From the NCBI GenBank assembly GCA_013239625.1, contig MU053652.1, positions 5,693,902-5,757,901 of the forward strand: a stretch of 64,000 nt of DNA, given 5' to 3'. The position numbers and the translations under genes are program-made. Of the stretch, positions 49,836 through 63,235 are shown piece by piece. How positions within the stretch are numbered: the stretch's first letter is position 1; each line of letters begins with the position of its first letter. The stretch comes from Lama guanicoe. Taxonomy: Eukaryota. The notes below the pieces were generated by a model. The model did not search any database. It was not told the origin of the DNA and saw only the letters and a list, made by a program, of their open reading frames with translations.

Positions 49836-52771
49836 CTACACTGGGTCAAATATAAATTTCAACAACAAAAAAAAATACAGATTTTTTTATGAGTCCAAAG
49901 TAGTGGGACTGTAATTTGTGAAATTTTAGTACTCTATAAGTTTGTGATAAAGTAAAAATGTTCTCTTCATTTTAAACTTTAAAACATTTGATTTAACACA
50001 TACAAAATTAAGAATATAATTTGGAGTGAAGTGTTCCATTTTCCTTTTGTAAATTTATTTCCTGCCCTATTGGTCAAATAAGCAATGTGTAGGTTTTCTA
50101 TGAAGGTACCAAATTCTGAGTTGGGCTTATATTTCTGTATCATTAATATTTCATAGGGAATGTCATTCTGGGTAGTATTTACAGAGTTGAAATTCATACA
50201 TGAGTAAAATATATTAATACTTTAGTGTCTCATGGAGCTAACTCAGCAGAGAATAGGTCTAGATAATCAAAATTCCAAATTAATGTAGTCATAGATAATG
50301 GGTTTCAATAGGTAGGTTTTGAATTACTTCATTCTTTAGCGATTGCTTTGGATTGGTTATCTCAACATTTATCATCAACATTGATAAAGATGATTTCAGG
50401 TCATATCTGAAACACCATCAGATTGACCCTCTTGACTGAAAGAATTGATTTTCTAGCAGGTAAAGTAATAAGTCCATCAATGTGGTCAAACCCGTGGTGG
50501 TCAGTAACTTTAATCAAAGTCAAAATGATTTTGTGTAGAGATGGGAAAGAAAACTGGTAAGTTCTGTGTCACTGGTCTCCCTTGTCACTTCAGGAAAAGC
50601 TCTGTGGCTCAAAACTCATCCAGGCAAATTTAAACAAGGGAGAAGGCAAATGAGAGATAGGCTTTAGAAATTTCAGATTTGATGTTGACATGTGTTATGT
50701 GAGACTTTCTAGTGAGACTTTTAAGAATGGCTTATCCCACTGATATTGGTAGAAATATACTTGAAAGAGTGAAAAATCAAAGCGGTGGATTTTTAACGGC
50801 TTTTTTGGATGAGCGATGGATCTATTCTTTATGTGACATAGAAGGCAACTTACAAATAACATGGAAAGCACTCTCATGGCCAATGCTTGATGCTTTGTAG
50901 TAACTGGGAATAGAGGCTGCTTTTAAAGTGGCCTTGGAATTTTAAATATTGTTCTTATAACTGCTAACTGATTTAAAAACAACAAATTTAAATTAAATCA
51001 AGCAGAAATGCTTTTACAAACAAAGCCAAGGTTTAGTAAATGTTTTACTTTAATAGTTAATCTGAACAAACACTGAGAGATTAGATTTCAACATAAAATG
51101 TAGATAGTTTTCAATAATTTAGAGAACAGCACAAACTTTTCACAAATACATCACAGATAATTTAGTACCTACGTCCTGGGGCATGAGGGAGAATTTTAAC
51201 AGTGCTGTATTTTAAAAGATGAATTTGCTTTAAAATGTGAATGGTTGAAATTTTGGCCTGTTTTTCTTCTTCCATCATCTTTTTGTCCAAATGTTTTCTA
51301 AGATTTTCTGGAAGGACTCTCCTTTGACTCGGCCAGAAGCAAAGTGGAGCAAGATGAGGGTTATAGCTAAAATTTTTCCCATCTATCATGTTAATGTTAA
51401 AGGTTATGTTCAACCCTAGCTAGATATTTGAGCCTGCATGAGGAAATTCAGAAAGAAGCCATTTACTCTTTGTTATCAAACTATCAGATACATCTTTAAA
51501 ACATTTGCCTTAAAGACATAAATGAAGGCAATTGGCAGGGACCGTATCTCTTTGTCTGACTTTGTTTTCTTGTCTTTCGTTGCTTCATTACCTTTATACA
51601 TTCAAATCAAATCCAAAGAAACAGTTCATCCTGACAAGGAATGTGGGTGATCTTCAAAAACTGGGTGCCTCCTAAAAATTTAAAATAATTTGGTGAAATG
51701 ACTCCTTCAGGTATAAATATAACATTTCATGGCAATGTAGGATCCTGGCAATGCTCTGAACATTCTTTGTTAAATCTGCAGAGATTACTGGAAGTTAAGG
51801 ACCTTGGATCTATTATAATGAACTCTAGATTAGGGCATCTTTGGCGACTGAGTCCTGTACTCTTCTTAAAGTTGCTTAAGGACTAGCTATGTGTATGGAT
51901 TTAGGTTAAGGAGATACTTGATAATGTATTTCAAGACTGAGTTTCATCTGGTATCTTTTTAAAAGCCATGAAAAACCTTTTCCTAACTACGATTATAAGA
52001 AAATTATCTTGGCCTTGAACTTTCTAAGAATGCAAGAAGTTATTTTCCTTTATTAAGATGTTAATCCTTACCATATTACCCTACGGTTGTCTGAAAGAAT
52101 TTTCTAGTGATAAAACATTGCTGGAAGTCAAAAGTTAATAGTAAAATTAATGAAAAAAGTTATTAATATAAAGTAAAGCAGAGTGATGGGAAGAAACACT
52201 ATTCTTTCCTAAGGGATATGATGTTTTCTTATGAGAGGATTAACCTTTTTTTAGAGAAATAGTGCACAAAATGGCATTAGAAACTCTTGCATTTTTACTA
52301 CGCATATTGAGATAAAATCTCTCCTACAGTCATGAGTGATCAGTGTATTTTCTATTTTTTAAAAGCTGTGGGTAGAGATTGAACAAAGCTGACAACTCAT
52401 TCTCATAAGTGAAAACAACTGTTACGTCCACCATACAAACCCAGAATTTGGATTAATTTCATATACAGATAATTCTGAGATTATCTGGGGAAAATGATGG
52501 TCCTGAAAAGAAGGGAATGAAAAGTTTGCAGCTCTCCATCTTTGTTAGAGGGACGAGGGGGAACTGTTTCTGAGATAGAATCTTCAGGAAAGGTGGGATC
52601 TACTTTATAGCAAGGATTCCAGTGTCTTCCGTATTTTAGGTGACACACTTAGACTGGTTGAATACAATGAAGGTCTTCTACTAAAAAAGAAGGAAAGACT
52701 CGACACTGGTGAGACTATTCCATATTGAGAAAGTTGATTCCAGAGCTTCTTAAGAGATGAACAAAGGTTAT

Positions 52772-53291
52772 TATATTGGTCTGTGTACTTCAGAGAAACA
52801 GAACAAATGGAGTTTATTCTTGTCTGTCTCTTTACCTACCTACCTACCGTCTATCCGTCATGTATCAAGAAACTTTTTATGATGAATTGGCTCATATGAT
52901 GGTTATGGAGGCTGAGAAATCCTGAGACCTGTAGTCTGAGGGCCTGGGAAGCATGAGAGTTCATGGTGTAAATTCCAGTTTGAAAACCAGGAAAGCTGAT
53001 GATGTAAGTCAGGCTGGATCTGAAAACAGGAGGAGACCCATGTCCCAGTTCAAGATTGTCAGGCAGAGGGAGTGAATTCTGTCTTACTCAGTTTTATGTG
53101 CTCTCCAGTCCTTCAGCACTTTTGATGCAGCCCACCCACGTGGGGCAGGGCAACCTGCTTTCCTCCCTCTGTCAGATCAAATGTTTTTCTTGCTCAGAAA
53201 CACCTTCACAGCCACACCCAGAATAATGTTCAACTAAATGACTGGGCTCCCTATGACCAGTTCAGGTTGATACAGAAAATTAACCATCACT
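52772..53291 (-). mobile_element. MLT2B-type ERVL solo LTR with 5-bp TSD
   Basis: 'cagagaaacagaac', 'gaattggctcatatgat..tggaggctgagaa', 'cagccacacccagaataatgtt', 'aaaattaaccatcac'; TSD gttat at 52767-52771 and 53292-53296. Confidence 0.9.
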
Positions 53292-53758
53292 GTTATGCTT
53301 TAACATTTATTTAACATTTTCATGAAGATTTTTAGCACCTAGAAGTTGCTGAAACTCTCCATCAAAGGGAGAAACAGGGAGGCTGAACTGATAGGACATA
53401 GGAACAGCTACTTTCAGGCACTGTTGCCTCTTCCCATTACATGATTGCACTATGTCTACTATCATGGAGGAGAAGCTCTAGAGGTGACTGGAGCCCTGAT
53501 GAGGGTCACGTGTACCTATAAACAGCGACTAGGCAGCATGGATACGCTGTATGCCAGTGGGTGAGGAAGAAGGGACATTAGAAAATAGGAAAGTGGTTCA
53601 AAAGTTCCCAGGTTGAGCATTGTCTACATTGATATTTCACTTGGTTTATGCTATTCCCATGTAGAAGGCAGAGTAATTGTCCTTTAACACTATCAAAACC
53701 TGCCCTCCCCCAGCCAGCAGTGAGCTGAATCAGCCAGAATGTTTCAGCAGGCAAAGAA

Positions 53759-55950
53759 CATTCATTCATATATTTATTCAGAAAATATCTCTTAAACACT
53801 TTCTATGGGGCCAAGACTAGTTTTGGCAGGCATGGAGATACAGCAGTAAATATAGCAGAGCCCCTACCTGAAGAGAAGTGGAGAAGATATCTGATAAACA
53901 GATAAAGAGAGAAATTTCAGACATCGTAAAGTGCTCTGTAGAAAAGAAAGCAGAATGAAGGAACAGAGAATGATGGGAAGCTGGGGTGGGGGATGTTTTA
54001 TGTAGGCTGGTCAGACAAGGCCTCTTGGTAACACGGATGATGGAGAAGATATCTGAATGATGTAAAGGGTCCATTCATGAGATGATATCAGGGGAGAGCA
54101 TTCCAGGAAACAGCATGTGTAAATGACCTGAGAGAGATAGAAATTTTGCATGTATTTGGAGATAAGAAGACATGTGTGGCTGAAATGGAGTGATGAGGAG
54201 ATGAGGTCGAAATGGTTGGTAAAGGCGAGATTATGTGGAACCCTGTGAACCATGTAAGGAGTTAAATTCCATCAGGAGTCAATGGATGAATACCTATTGT
54301 AGTTTTCAACAGGGGGATAATACTACTTAATTCATGTTTTTGAAAGTTCAACTTGACTAATGGAGAATAGAATACAGGGAGGCAAGGATGGAGACTGGGG
54401 GGTCAGTTATTAAATACTGTAGTTGTCTAGGTGAGAGATGATGTAGTTTGGACAAAGGTGATAGCATTGGAAATGATGGTAAATGCTGGATTTGGGATAT
54501 TTTGAAGGGAAAGCCCACAGGATTTGCTGATGGTTTGGATTAGGGTTGAGGGAAAGGGATAATTAAAATTATTTGATAATCAAAATTATGAGTAATCAAA
54601 GATTACACTTAGGTTTTTGGTCATGGTGCTGGTAACTGAGATGGAGGTAACTGGGGAAGGTTCAGAATTTGTTGAAGATAGAAATGAAAGAGTTTTCCTT
54701 TGACTGTTTGTTTAAAAGATCTGTTAGACCTCCTAGTGCAGATGTTAAATAGGCAGTAGTAGGACACGGAGAGCTGTGAGCATACGGCACAGGTGGGAGC
54801 CTGGAAACAGAATACAAAGGTTGGAACATGGAATATGGGGACAATATATATCTGTACTGTTTGGGAATATTTTGTCTATTGGTAATTATGTAACACCATG
54901 GAACAAGATGAATTTATCTAGGAAGAAGCAAATAGAGAAGTTGAAGAAAGGCAAGGACTGAACTTTGAAGAATGCTAACATTGAGAGTAGGGGGAGCCAG
55001 CAATGGAAACTGAGGAAAAAATGCCAAAGGATTAAGAAGAAAACCAGTAAAGCATCCTTCACTGGAGGCCAAATGAAGTAAGGATTTCAGGAACAAAGCT
55101 ATTATCCGTTAACACTTTTGAGAGGTTGAATAATTTGGAGGCAGATGGGTCAAGATGCATGTGGTTAATGACCTTGAACTGAGCAGCTCTGTGGGACTGG
55201 TGGAGACATAGCTTGATGAGAGTCAATTAAAGAGCAAATGGGAGAAACTGGAGACACTCTTTCCCAAAGGAGAAGCAGAGAAATGGGCTGAAGCTGGAGG
55301 ACAAATAGGATCAAGGAAGTTTGGTTTGTTTGTTTGCTTTTCATAACGTGTTTGGATGCTAATGAAAATGATCTAGCTGAGAGAGAAAAAATGAAGAGGG
55401 AGCAGAAAGGGAGTGCAGAAGAATTCAAGTAGCAAAATTCTCAATAGGTGAGAAGGAATGGAACCCAGGGCATTCTGGACGGTTGGCTTACATGGACCAA
55501 GGAGAGGTCATCCATTATATCAGGAAGAAAGACAGAGTGGATGGGTCAGATGCAATTAGGCTGGAAGATTCAGTGATAGAAAATGAGGAAGTTTTTTTTT
55601 TTTCATTGCTTTTAGTTTTTCAGTGAACTATAAATTAAAGTCATCAGCTCAGAGTGAGAGGCAGAGGGAAGGAGAGTATTGAGGGTTTGAGATGAGAGGA
55701 AAATATGTCAAATAAATTTTTGATAGAGTAGGAAAATGAATTTATTATGAAAGCATAGAAGGATACTGGGTGGTGATAAGGTGTTTCTTGAGATTTGTGG
55801 TCATAAATTTATTTTAAGAAAATAAGTAATTTTCTTAAAATTCTTTCTTGAAGATTTACATGAGATCAGGTAACTCAAGTGTGTCTTTTTCTACTAGGGT
55901 GCAAGTAGGGAGTAGATAGGGTTTGGTTTTTGCTAAGTGAGAACAGTGGA
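53759..55950 (-). mobile_element. Long L2a fragment (~2.2 kb)
   Basis: Starts at the (CATT)n tail; 'ggggagagcattccagg', 'ctaggtgagagatgatg', 'ggatttgctgatggtttggat', 'tcatcagctcagagtgag'. Confidence 0.9.
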
Positions 55951-56814
55951 GAAAAAGAGAACACGGCATATTCGAGTTACTAAAATCAGTGCTTAGCATG
56001 GTAAGAGAGAGCCTTCCAGTGAGCTGGTGGCTAAAATTCTAAGTGAAATGCCAAGAGAGGGATTGGGAAGATAGTAGATAATTGTAAGAGATGCACTGCA
56101 AACAGAATTGTGTTGGCAAAGTCACTTAGATCTGCAACTTAGTGGAGATATGTCTGGTCAAGATAGTTCACAGCCTGGCCTTAGGGGGTTTGAAACAACA
56201 TCATCACTATAACTGTCAATTACCTTACAATTTTATTTTTCATTTTGAGTAATTCCACCATGCAAAGCCACACATTATCTGTTACAAAGAGAATGTTCAG
56301 TGTGTGTCTTTGGGGAGCTGACAGTCTACCAGAGATCTGGTAGAAAAGATTATTAGATGTAGAAAATGATGCACAATGGTTTTGTTGAGTAGAGTCTGTT
56401 TCTGTGGGAAAGCAACAGGCACATTAAGTTGTTTCTGTGCTCTCCTAGAGCAGAATGTAAATATTTATGGAATACAGGCCTCTTTTAATCAGTAGCACAG
56501 TTGGGTCTCTACAAATACAGAGCTCTCTTTCAGTACTTCAAATTGGAGATAAATATCTGACAAAATCACTCAGAGTAAAATTCTAATATGTTAGGTATAA
56601 GCAGATATCCCCAGGAATTCAGAAATATGATTTGTGATCAATACAAAATTAATGATGATTTTTCTCTCTTCTCTTCCTCCTCCCTTTTTTTTTTTCTTTA
56701 ATGAAGATTAGGTAACTAGCAAAGTAATAAAATAGTATTTTGGCAAATCCATAGTCCCCTAAATCCCTTCCTTCTTTCCTTCCTTCCTTCATACTAATAA
56801 TGAATATTGCTTTT

Positions 56815-56965
56815 GTAAAAGTAGCATGTTATTATAAATATAAAAACAACAGAGGAAAATGTAAAGAAAAATGTGATAGCCCACCTCAAATTCCACCTCT
56901 CAGAAATAATCATTATAATTTTGATAATTATCATTCTAGAAATGTCTCGATGCTTATACATGCAG
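56815..56965 (-). mobile_element. L1ME-like 3' end
   Basis: 'aaattccacctctcagaaataatcattataattttg'. Confidence 0.55.
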
Positions 56966-58696
56966 ATAGAATAATACACAGCAAGACTGATAACTATGTT
57001 GTGTTTTTTCATCCTTGAGGCTGAGGGAAAATTTGTAGCCAAATCTCCTTCTTGCAGACGATCACAACTTACCAATTTTCTTGAAATTTCCTGTGCCCTT
57101 TCAACATACAGATTTATTTTTCCCTTGAGATCAGAAGACTTTAATTGCACTCTATCTTTGAATACTTCCTGTTATGTTTGTTGTATTACCTACTTTTTCT
57201 GCCTTCTATATATGCTACTTTTCCTTATAATTGCTTTTGGTTTGGTATTTTTTCCTCTACATTCACTTTTTTTTCTCAAATGTTTCCTCTAGTGAGTAAT
57301 TTAAGGTTCAGCTTTGTCTATTCAGTTCTTTGATCTTACTAATTTATTTATTTTAATTTAATTAGTTTATAATGACCATCATTTTGTTTCCTTACTTGTG
57401 AAATCCTTTTTTTAAATCTCATTTTGTAGTTCCATCATCTGATTCTTGAGCTCGTTTAATTGAATTCATATTTAAATAATTTATTTTGTAGATTAAAGCA
57501 CTCACAGGGAATTTCCTTTGAAAAAAATTTCTTAAAAGTTAAGAGCCACTAATAAAAATAGGTGCTCTTACGTGATCATAATTACAATTGTTGATTGGAT
57601 TCATCTAGTTTGAATACTTTTTCTTAATAATGAAAATGGTTATAAAGTCCTTAAAAGGATTTACTGAGAATGAGAGGCCACACCCTGCAAAATAAACTGT
57701 TTAAACTCAACTAAATGGTTAATTAGTTTAGGTATATTTAAAGAAAAATTTGTAAATAACTTACATGCAGGTATAACTATGTGTTGTTCTGGGGTTAGCT
57801 GTCAACTCAACTCATTAAGGTGTTGATGCACCCTTAACCATGAGATGCTAAGAGGCGTATCTGGCTAGCTGTGTGTGGTCCTCTCCTGTTGTCATCCTGG
57901 TTCCCTTCCATTTAGCGGTCCTCTTCTGCATCCCATGCTGACCCCAGTGGGCTCATGTTGGAATGATCATTTTCAAGACCAAAACCAGACATAGTTGTAG
58001 AAATGTTTCTGTCTGTCTACCTTTGTTCAAAGTTTAGACTTTGACATATTTCTCCATCAACTCAGTTTCTGTAGTTTAGTTATCTGTTCTATTCGACACT
58101 ACAGTTACACATAATATGGATTGCTCCCAAGAGTTGCAGTGCTCTTCCAATGCACAAGTTGCAAAATTTCTTGGCACAAAATGTCTTCCCTTCCTCCCAA
58201 TGTTGTAGAAAAGGTTTTTAAAGACTTTCTTCCTGTGGGTGAGACGGAACTAGTTCCCCATCCAGATGCCACCTGTAGGAGTTCACACGTTTTCTCAGAA
58301 GACATTTAATCTATAGCAGCAAGCTATTTCTTGTTCTTTTAAGCAACTCATGTTGCCATTCTCTAAGAGTTAAGTATGAAGATTGCTTATGGGTTGTTTT
58401 CCTAGGGTACTGATGTTTATAGAATCAATGCCATTTGTATTTAAAAGTCGTTTCACAGAAGCAAGGTAAACTATCAGTTATATATTGCCCATGCAAAAAT
58501 AGTCAGGCTAAATCTTCATGGGGGACTGTTTGAAGAAAGTAAATAAAATTGACTTTGATTATGTATTTGATTTTGATCAAACTGAAGTCAATTTAGTCAC
58601 TATATGTATTTGATTATCATCTAGGCTGTCTGTCAATTCACTCTGACCTACTTAGAGGAATAAAAAGTTAAGTGTCTCTGGCAGAGCCCATTAAAG

Positions 58697-58843
58697 CAGC
58701 ATTTCTGAAACTATGTTTGAAGGCTCTCTGCACTAGAACCATCAGGGAGATGGTAAAATGCATATTCTTGGACCCTAATTTCCAGGCCCATCATAGACCT
58801 CTGAGGATTTGCATTAAGATCATGAAGTGTTTGAAAAGCACAG
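58697..58843. mobile_element. MER5-family MITE
   Basis: 'gcagcatttctgaaact..tggtaaaatgcatattcttggaccc..atttgcatt..gtttgaaaagcacag'. Confidence 0.65.
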
Positions 58844-59030
58844 TATCAGTATTAATATTAGCATTACAAGTTACCTGTAAGTAAGATCATTAGAGTAAAT
58901 GAACTTTATTAAGACATTTAGAAAAGCGACAGGATGAATTTTTATCTGTGTGAAGAAGAATATAGAAACCACCACTTTAATTTTGCTTTCAATGTTTTAA
59001 AATCATTTCCGGTTGCAACTTAAGGTTTTT

Positions 59031-59259
59031 TTTAAAACTTTTTTTTAATTGAGTTATAGTCAGTTTACAATGTTGTGTCAATTTCCAGTGTAGAGCACAA
59101 TTTTTCAGTTATACATGAACATACGTATATGCATTGTCACATTCTTTTTCACTGTGAGCTAGACTGGGAGTTCAAAATTTGCAGATACTGACAGGCATAT
59201 GTAGAATAGATAAACAAGATTATACTGTATAGCAGAGGGAAATATATACAAGATCTTGA
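59031..59259 (-). mobile_element. Young 5'-truncated, 5'-inverted L1 insertion with 14-bp TSD
   Basis: T tail plus antisense L1 3' UTR (to ~59160) joined to a sense-orientation L1 segment (~59161-59258); TSD aacttaaggttttt at 59017-59030 and 59260-59273. Confidence 0.85.
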
Positions 59260-59769
59260 AACTTAAGGTTTTTGAACAAATTCCTAAGGGGCTATCTTGA
59301 AGTTGGGGGATTGAGAATTAGCGGGCTGTGACATTAGTGGAAGTGACAAAAATGCACCCACATCTTATCATTCACAGATAAAATAGTTTACTGAAGAATA
59401 CACCTTCTGGAGAGCTGGCCATAGCAAAAGTTTCCTGAGCCCTGTCTCAGGTACCCACTGGCAAGAGCAGCTGTCTTCTTCTAGGAGGAAGATGCCACAT
59501 AATCTTTCTCCTGGCTCTTGAGCTGATTACCTGGGATATGTACACTGCTATGGAAAAGAATATGGCCCTTTCCCAGCTGGGTGTCAGGGAGAGATAACCC
59601 CTGGTGCTGCCAGTGACTCAAGATTCTGTTTATCCTCAAACTGAATTCACACTCACATTTTAGCTTACTTGTGGGTGAGCGTGGCTGTATTGCATTGACA
59701 ATCCATTTTGTCACAGCCTTATCAATTACCTGATGTGGACTCAGCAACATGTGTAGGTATTTATTTCCA

Positions 59770-61692
59770 TTTTTCAAATCTTTATTTCGGTATAATTTAC
59801 ACATAATGAAATGCGCCCATTCTGACTATAAAGTTCAATGAGTTTTGACAGATGTATACATCTATGTAATCACCACCACAATCAAGATATAGAACATTTC
59901 TATCACCCAAAAAAGTTCCCTCATGCCACTCTGCAGTCACCCCTCTCCTATTAGCCACAATCCTGGGCAAACACTGATCTGTTTTCTATCATTATAGATT
60001 AGTTTTGCTTGCTTTAGGATTCCACATTAATGGAATGATGTAGTATGCATGTCTTCTTTTGCTCAGTAAAATGTTTTGGAAATTTATCCATGTCATTGCA
60101 TGTAACAGTAGTAAAATAGTCTATTTGTTTTTAATATTGAGTAGTTTTCCATTAAATGGATGTATGACAGTTTGGTTATTCATTCTCTTACTGATGGATA
60201 GTTGGGATGTTTTCCAGTTTTTTGGCTATTATGAATAAATCTACTATGGGTATTCCTGTAGAGTAGGCATACAGTTTAATTATTTTGGGGATTGTTGTGT
60301 CATATGACAGAAAAATGTTGAACTTTATAAGAACCTGCCAAACTGATTTACAAAGTTGTTGTAACATTTTGCCCACCAGCATTGTATGAGATTTTCACTT
60401 GCTCCAGTCTTTATTTTTAGCCATTCTAAGGGGTCTGTAGTGGTGTCTTAATGGCTTAAATTTGCATTTTTCTGTTGACTAATGTAGTTATGCATTTTTT
60501 GATGTATTTAGTGGCCATTTGTACCCCTTTGTTTATAAAGGGTTCAAATCTTTTGGCATTTTTGTGAATGGGTTTTTGTATTCTTCTTATTAAGTTCTGA
60601 ATACAACCCCTTTGTTAGATATACATGCACACACATCAATTCACATATATATATGTGTGAATGTGTATATTGTTTTAGACAAAAGTTTCTTAGAATTTTT
60701 TTAATAAATATTTTTCTTTATTATAGTAAAACATATACAACATAAAGTTTCCTGTTTTAACCATATACACATTCATATATATACAATATGTACACATTTA
60801 TACATACATCTGAATGTGTATATACATGAACATGGTATATCATTGTCATAGCGTGAGCTGCCATAACAAAATAGCATAGACTAGGTGGCTTAAAAAGCAG
60901 AAATTTATTTTCTCACAGTTCTGTAGGCTGGGATGTCCAATATCAAGGTGCCAGCAAGGTAGATTTTGTGCTGAGGCTCCTTTTTTCTCAACTTGTAGGC
61001 AGCTGCTATTTTATGGTGTGCTCAGGTGACCTCTTGTGTATGTGTTGAGAGAGAGAAATAAGCTCTCTTATGTCCTTTCATCATTACAGCTTCATCCTCG
61101 TGATCTCGTCTAAACCTAATTACCTTGCAAAGGTCCTATCATCATATTGGAAGTTATGGGTACAACATAAGAATTTTAGGGGGGCACAATTTAATCCTCA
61201 GCAATTTTCCTATCTAAGATTTGTTTAATTTTTCTCAGTAATGTTTTGTAGTTTTAAGTGTACTACATTGTGTTAAATTTATTTCTTAGTGGTTCATGGT
61301 TTTTTGATGCTATTGTAAATGATTTTTTTTGTTTCGTTTCCAATTCTGTGTTCTTTGTACATAGAAATACAAGTGATTGTTGACTACTGATCTTGTGTCC
61401 TGCAACCTTGCTCAAATATTAGCTCTAGTGGCTTTTTTTTTTTTGTAGACTTTAAGCATTTTCTGCGTACCCAACACCCATCAGGTTGTCTATGAATGAA
61501 GATGGTTTTCCTTCTTCTTTTCCTGTCTGTGTGACTGGTATCCCCTCTATCCCCTTGCTATATTTTGCACTGGCTGGGGCCTCCCATGTAATGTTCAATG
61601 GAACTGATGTGGGTAGGCATCTTTGCCTTGTCCCCAGTCATATGGAGAGAACATGCAATCTTTTACCATTAAGTATGATATTAGCTGTAGGA
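59770..61692 (-). mobile_element. L1M (L1MB/L1MC-like) 3' region with nested MLT1 and TA/CA low-complexity tract
   Basis: 'agttcaatgagttttgacagatgtataca..caccaccacaatcaagatatagaacatttc', 'ttccagttttttggctattatgaataa', 'ttttaccattaagtatgatattagctgtagg'. Confidence 0.9.
60844..61203 (-). mobile_element. MaLR solo LTR (MLT1A/MST-like) nested in L1
   Basis: 'gctgccataacaaaatagcatagactaggtggcttaaa..gaaatttattttctcacagttctgtaggctgggatgtccaatatcaaggtgccagca'. Confidence 0.88.
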
Positions 61693-63039
61693 AATTTTAT
61701 TTGCATTTTAATATGTGTAACTAATACGATTAGTTCATTGGCTGCACAGGCCTTTTCCTTACCCAGATGCTGTCATCAGTGATTATGGTAGCTTCAGGCC
61801 CTTTAACTCTATTTCAATTAGAAGAGTGCTTATTTATCTACTTTCTATATGAGCTGCTGCATAATATTTTATTTTCCAGGTTCCATGCCTTAAAATACGT
61901 TTAAAATTACTGGCATAATGTCGTGCTACTGACTTTTATTGAAGTTCAAAGCAGCCACTGAGCCTCACTGATGAAAATACTGTGTATTATGAAACTCAGT
62001 TTTCTTTGAAGAAGGACCTATATATAAGATAAATTCCTAAAGGAATTTAGTACCAAGACCACACTTAGAATTAGTATGTAAAGGATTACAGATCTGCTCT
62101 ATAAAGTAATGAGAAATTGCTTAATCAACTGTATTTCCACTTTCTCTTTACTCTCATGGAAGCTCAGGGCTGAATCTTGTCCATAATCACATCAATGAGG
62201 ATTTTTATATTTGCGTCCTCTTTTCCGGTGCTTTGGTATTTTTTGATTTATTTTAATCTGTATCTATTTGTGTCTTTTGATGTAGGCCACTTCAAACTCT
62301 ATTAGAAAGGATTTAGAAGTATAAATAATTATCTCGTTTTGAATTAATAAAAAAGCTATTTCATAAAAGGACCTACCTTTTAAATATTTAATTGGAATAA
62401 TATCTACCTTTAAGAAGCGTAATGGAAAACTATAAATGGAAAATCTCTCAGCTTAGGAACACAGTCTTTTATTGGCCTTGCAAGATAAGCTTCCAAAGAG
62501 AAACATTTGGAATGATGATCTTGTTGAAGTGAAACTAAAATGCTTATGACTAAAACAAAGAAAAACAAAACCCAGAGACCTGCTGTTTTCTTCAGTGATC
62601 CAAGAGAAATGCTTTAAAATCCTGAAAATAATCTAATAAAAGAAACACTGAAGATTCATAATGACTTGGGTTTCTGGGTGGGGCGGTGAAAAAAAGTTGG
62701 GAGTTGCTGCAGGTCATTTCAGTCTATCCTTATCCTTCAGGAAGTAGTTTATTTTTCTGGGACAATAATTAGAACAATAAAAAATTTACATTACAATAAT
62801 TATAGTACTACCTAATGTAATCACACAGGAGTGTATTTGTGCATTTTAATGCTAATTGTAGATGTCTTGACCTAAAAGATATGTAGAGTGAGAATTATTT
62901 TATATAAAATTGAATTCTCTATCACCCTAAATATTTAATTTTTTAATATGCAATTTTTTTGGGAGAAAAGAAGCAATATTTACTTTAAAAATATTTCTAT
63001 GTGTTTATATTTTAGTATTAACATGTACCTTTAATTTAT

Positions 63040-63226
63040 TTGAGTAACATTAAAATTCTGCCAGTTACTTTTAGATTATTTCATATTTCTCACAATAGTT
63101 CATAATGATCCTATAATGGTAATTACACATATGCCCATGTTACAGATGAGAGACTGAGCTTAGAGGTGGTTAGTAATTTGCCCAAAGTCACACAGTTAGT
63201 AAAAGGCAGAGTTGGGATTTAAACCA
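63040..63226 (-). mobile_element. MIR SINE
   Basis: 'cccatgttacagatgagagactgagcttagaggtggttagtaatttgcccaaagtcacacagttagtaa..gggatttaaacc'. Confidence 0.9.
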
Positions 63227-63235
63227 TCTTAATTA

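Noticed and set aside
50700-50900. ORF RLLRMAYPTDI resembles the hAT transposase motif WLxxLAYLxDIF
   Set aside because: Similarity stops after ~10 residues (no following LNxxLQG), and the DNA could equally be a decayed CR1 3' end; unresolved without an HMM search.
53496-53525. CTGATGA followed by a short stem, hammerhead-like
   Set aside because: The stem is followed by ATAAA rather than the required GAAA, and stems I and III are absent.
60618-60830. Multiple inverted repeats such as atatacacattca / tgaatgtgtatat
   Set aside because: Expected self-complementarity of TA/CA/TG low-complexity sequence expanded within L1.
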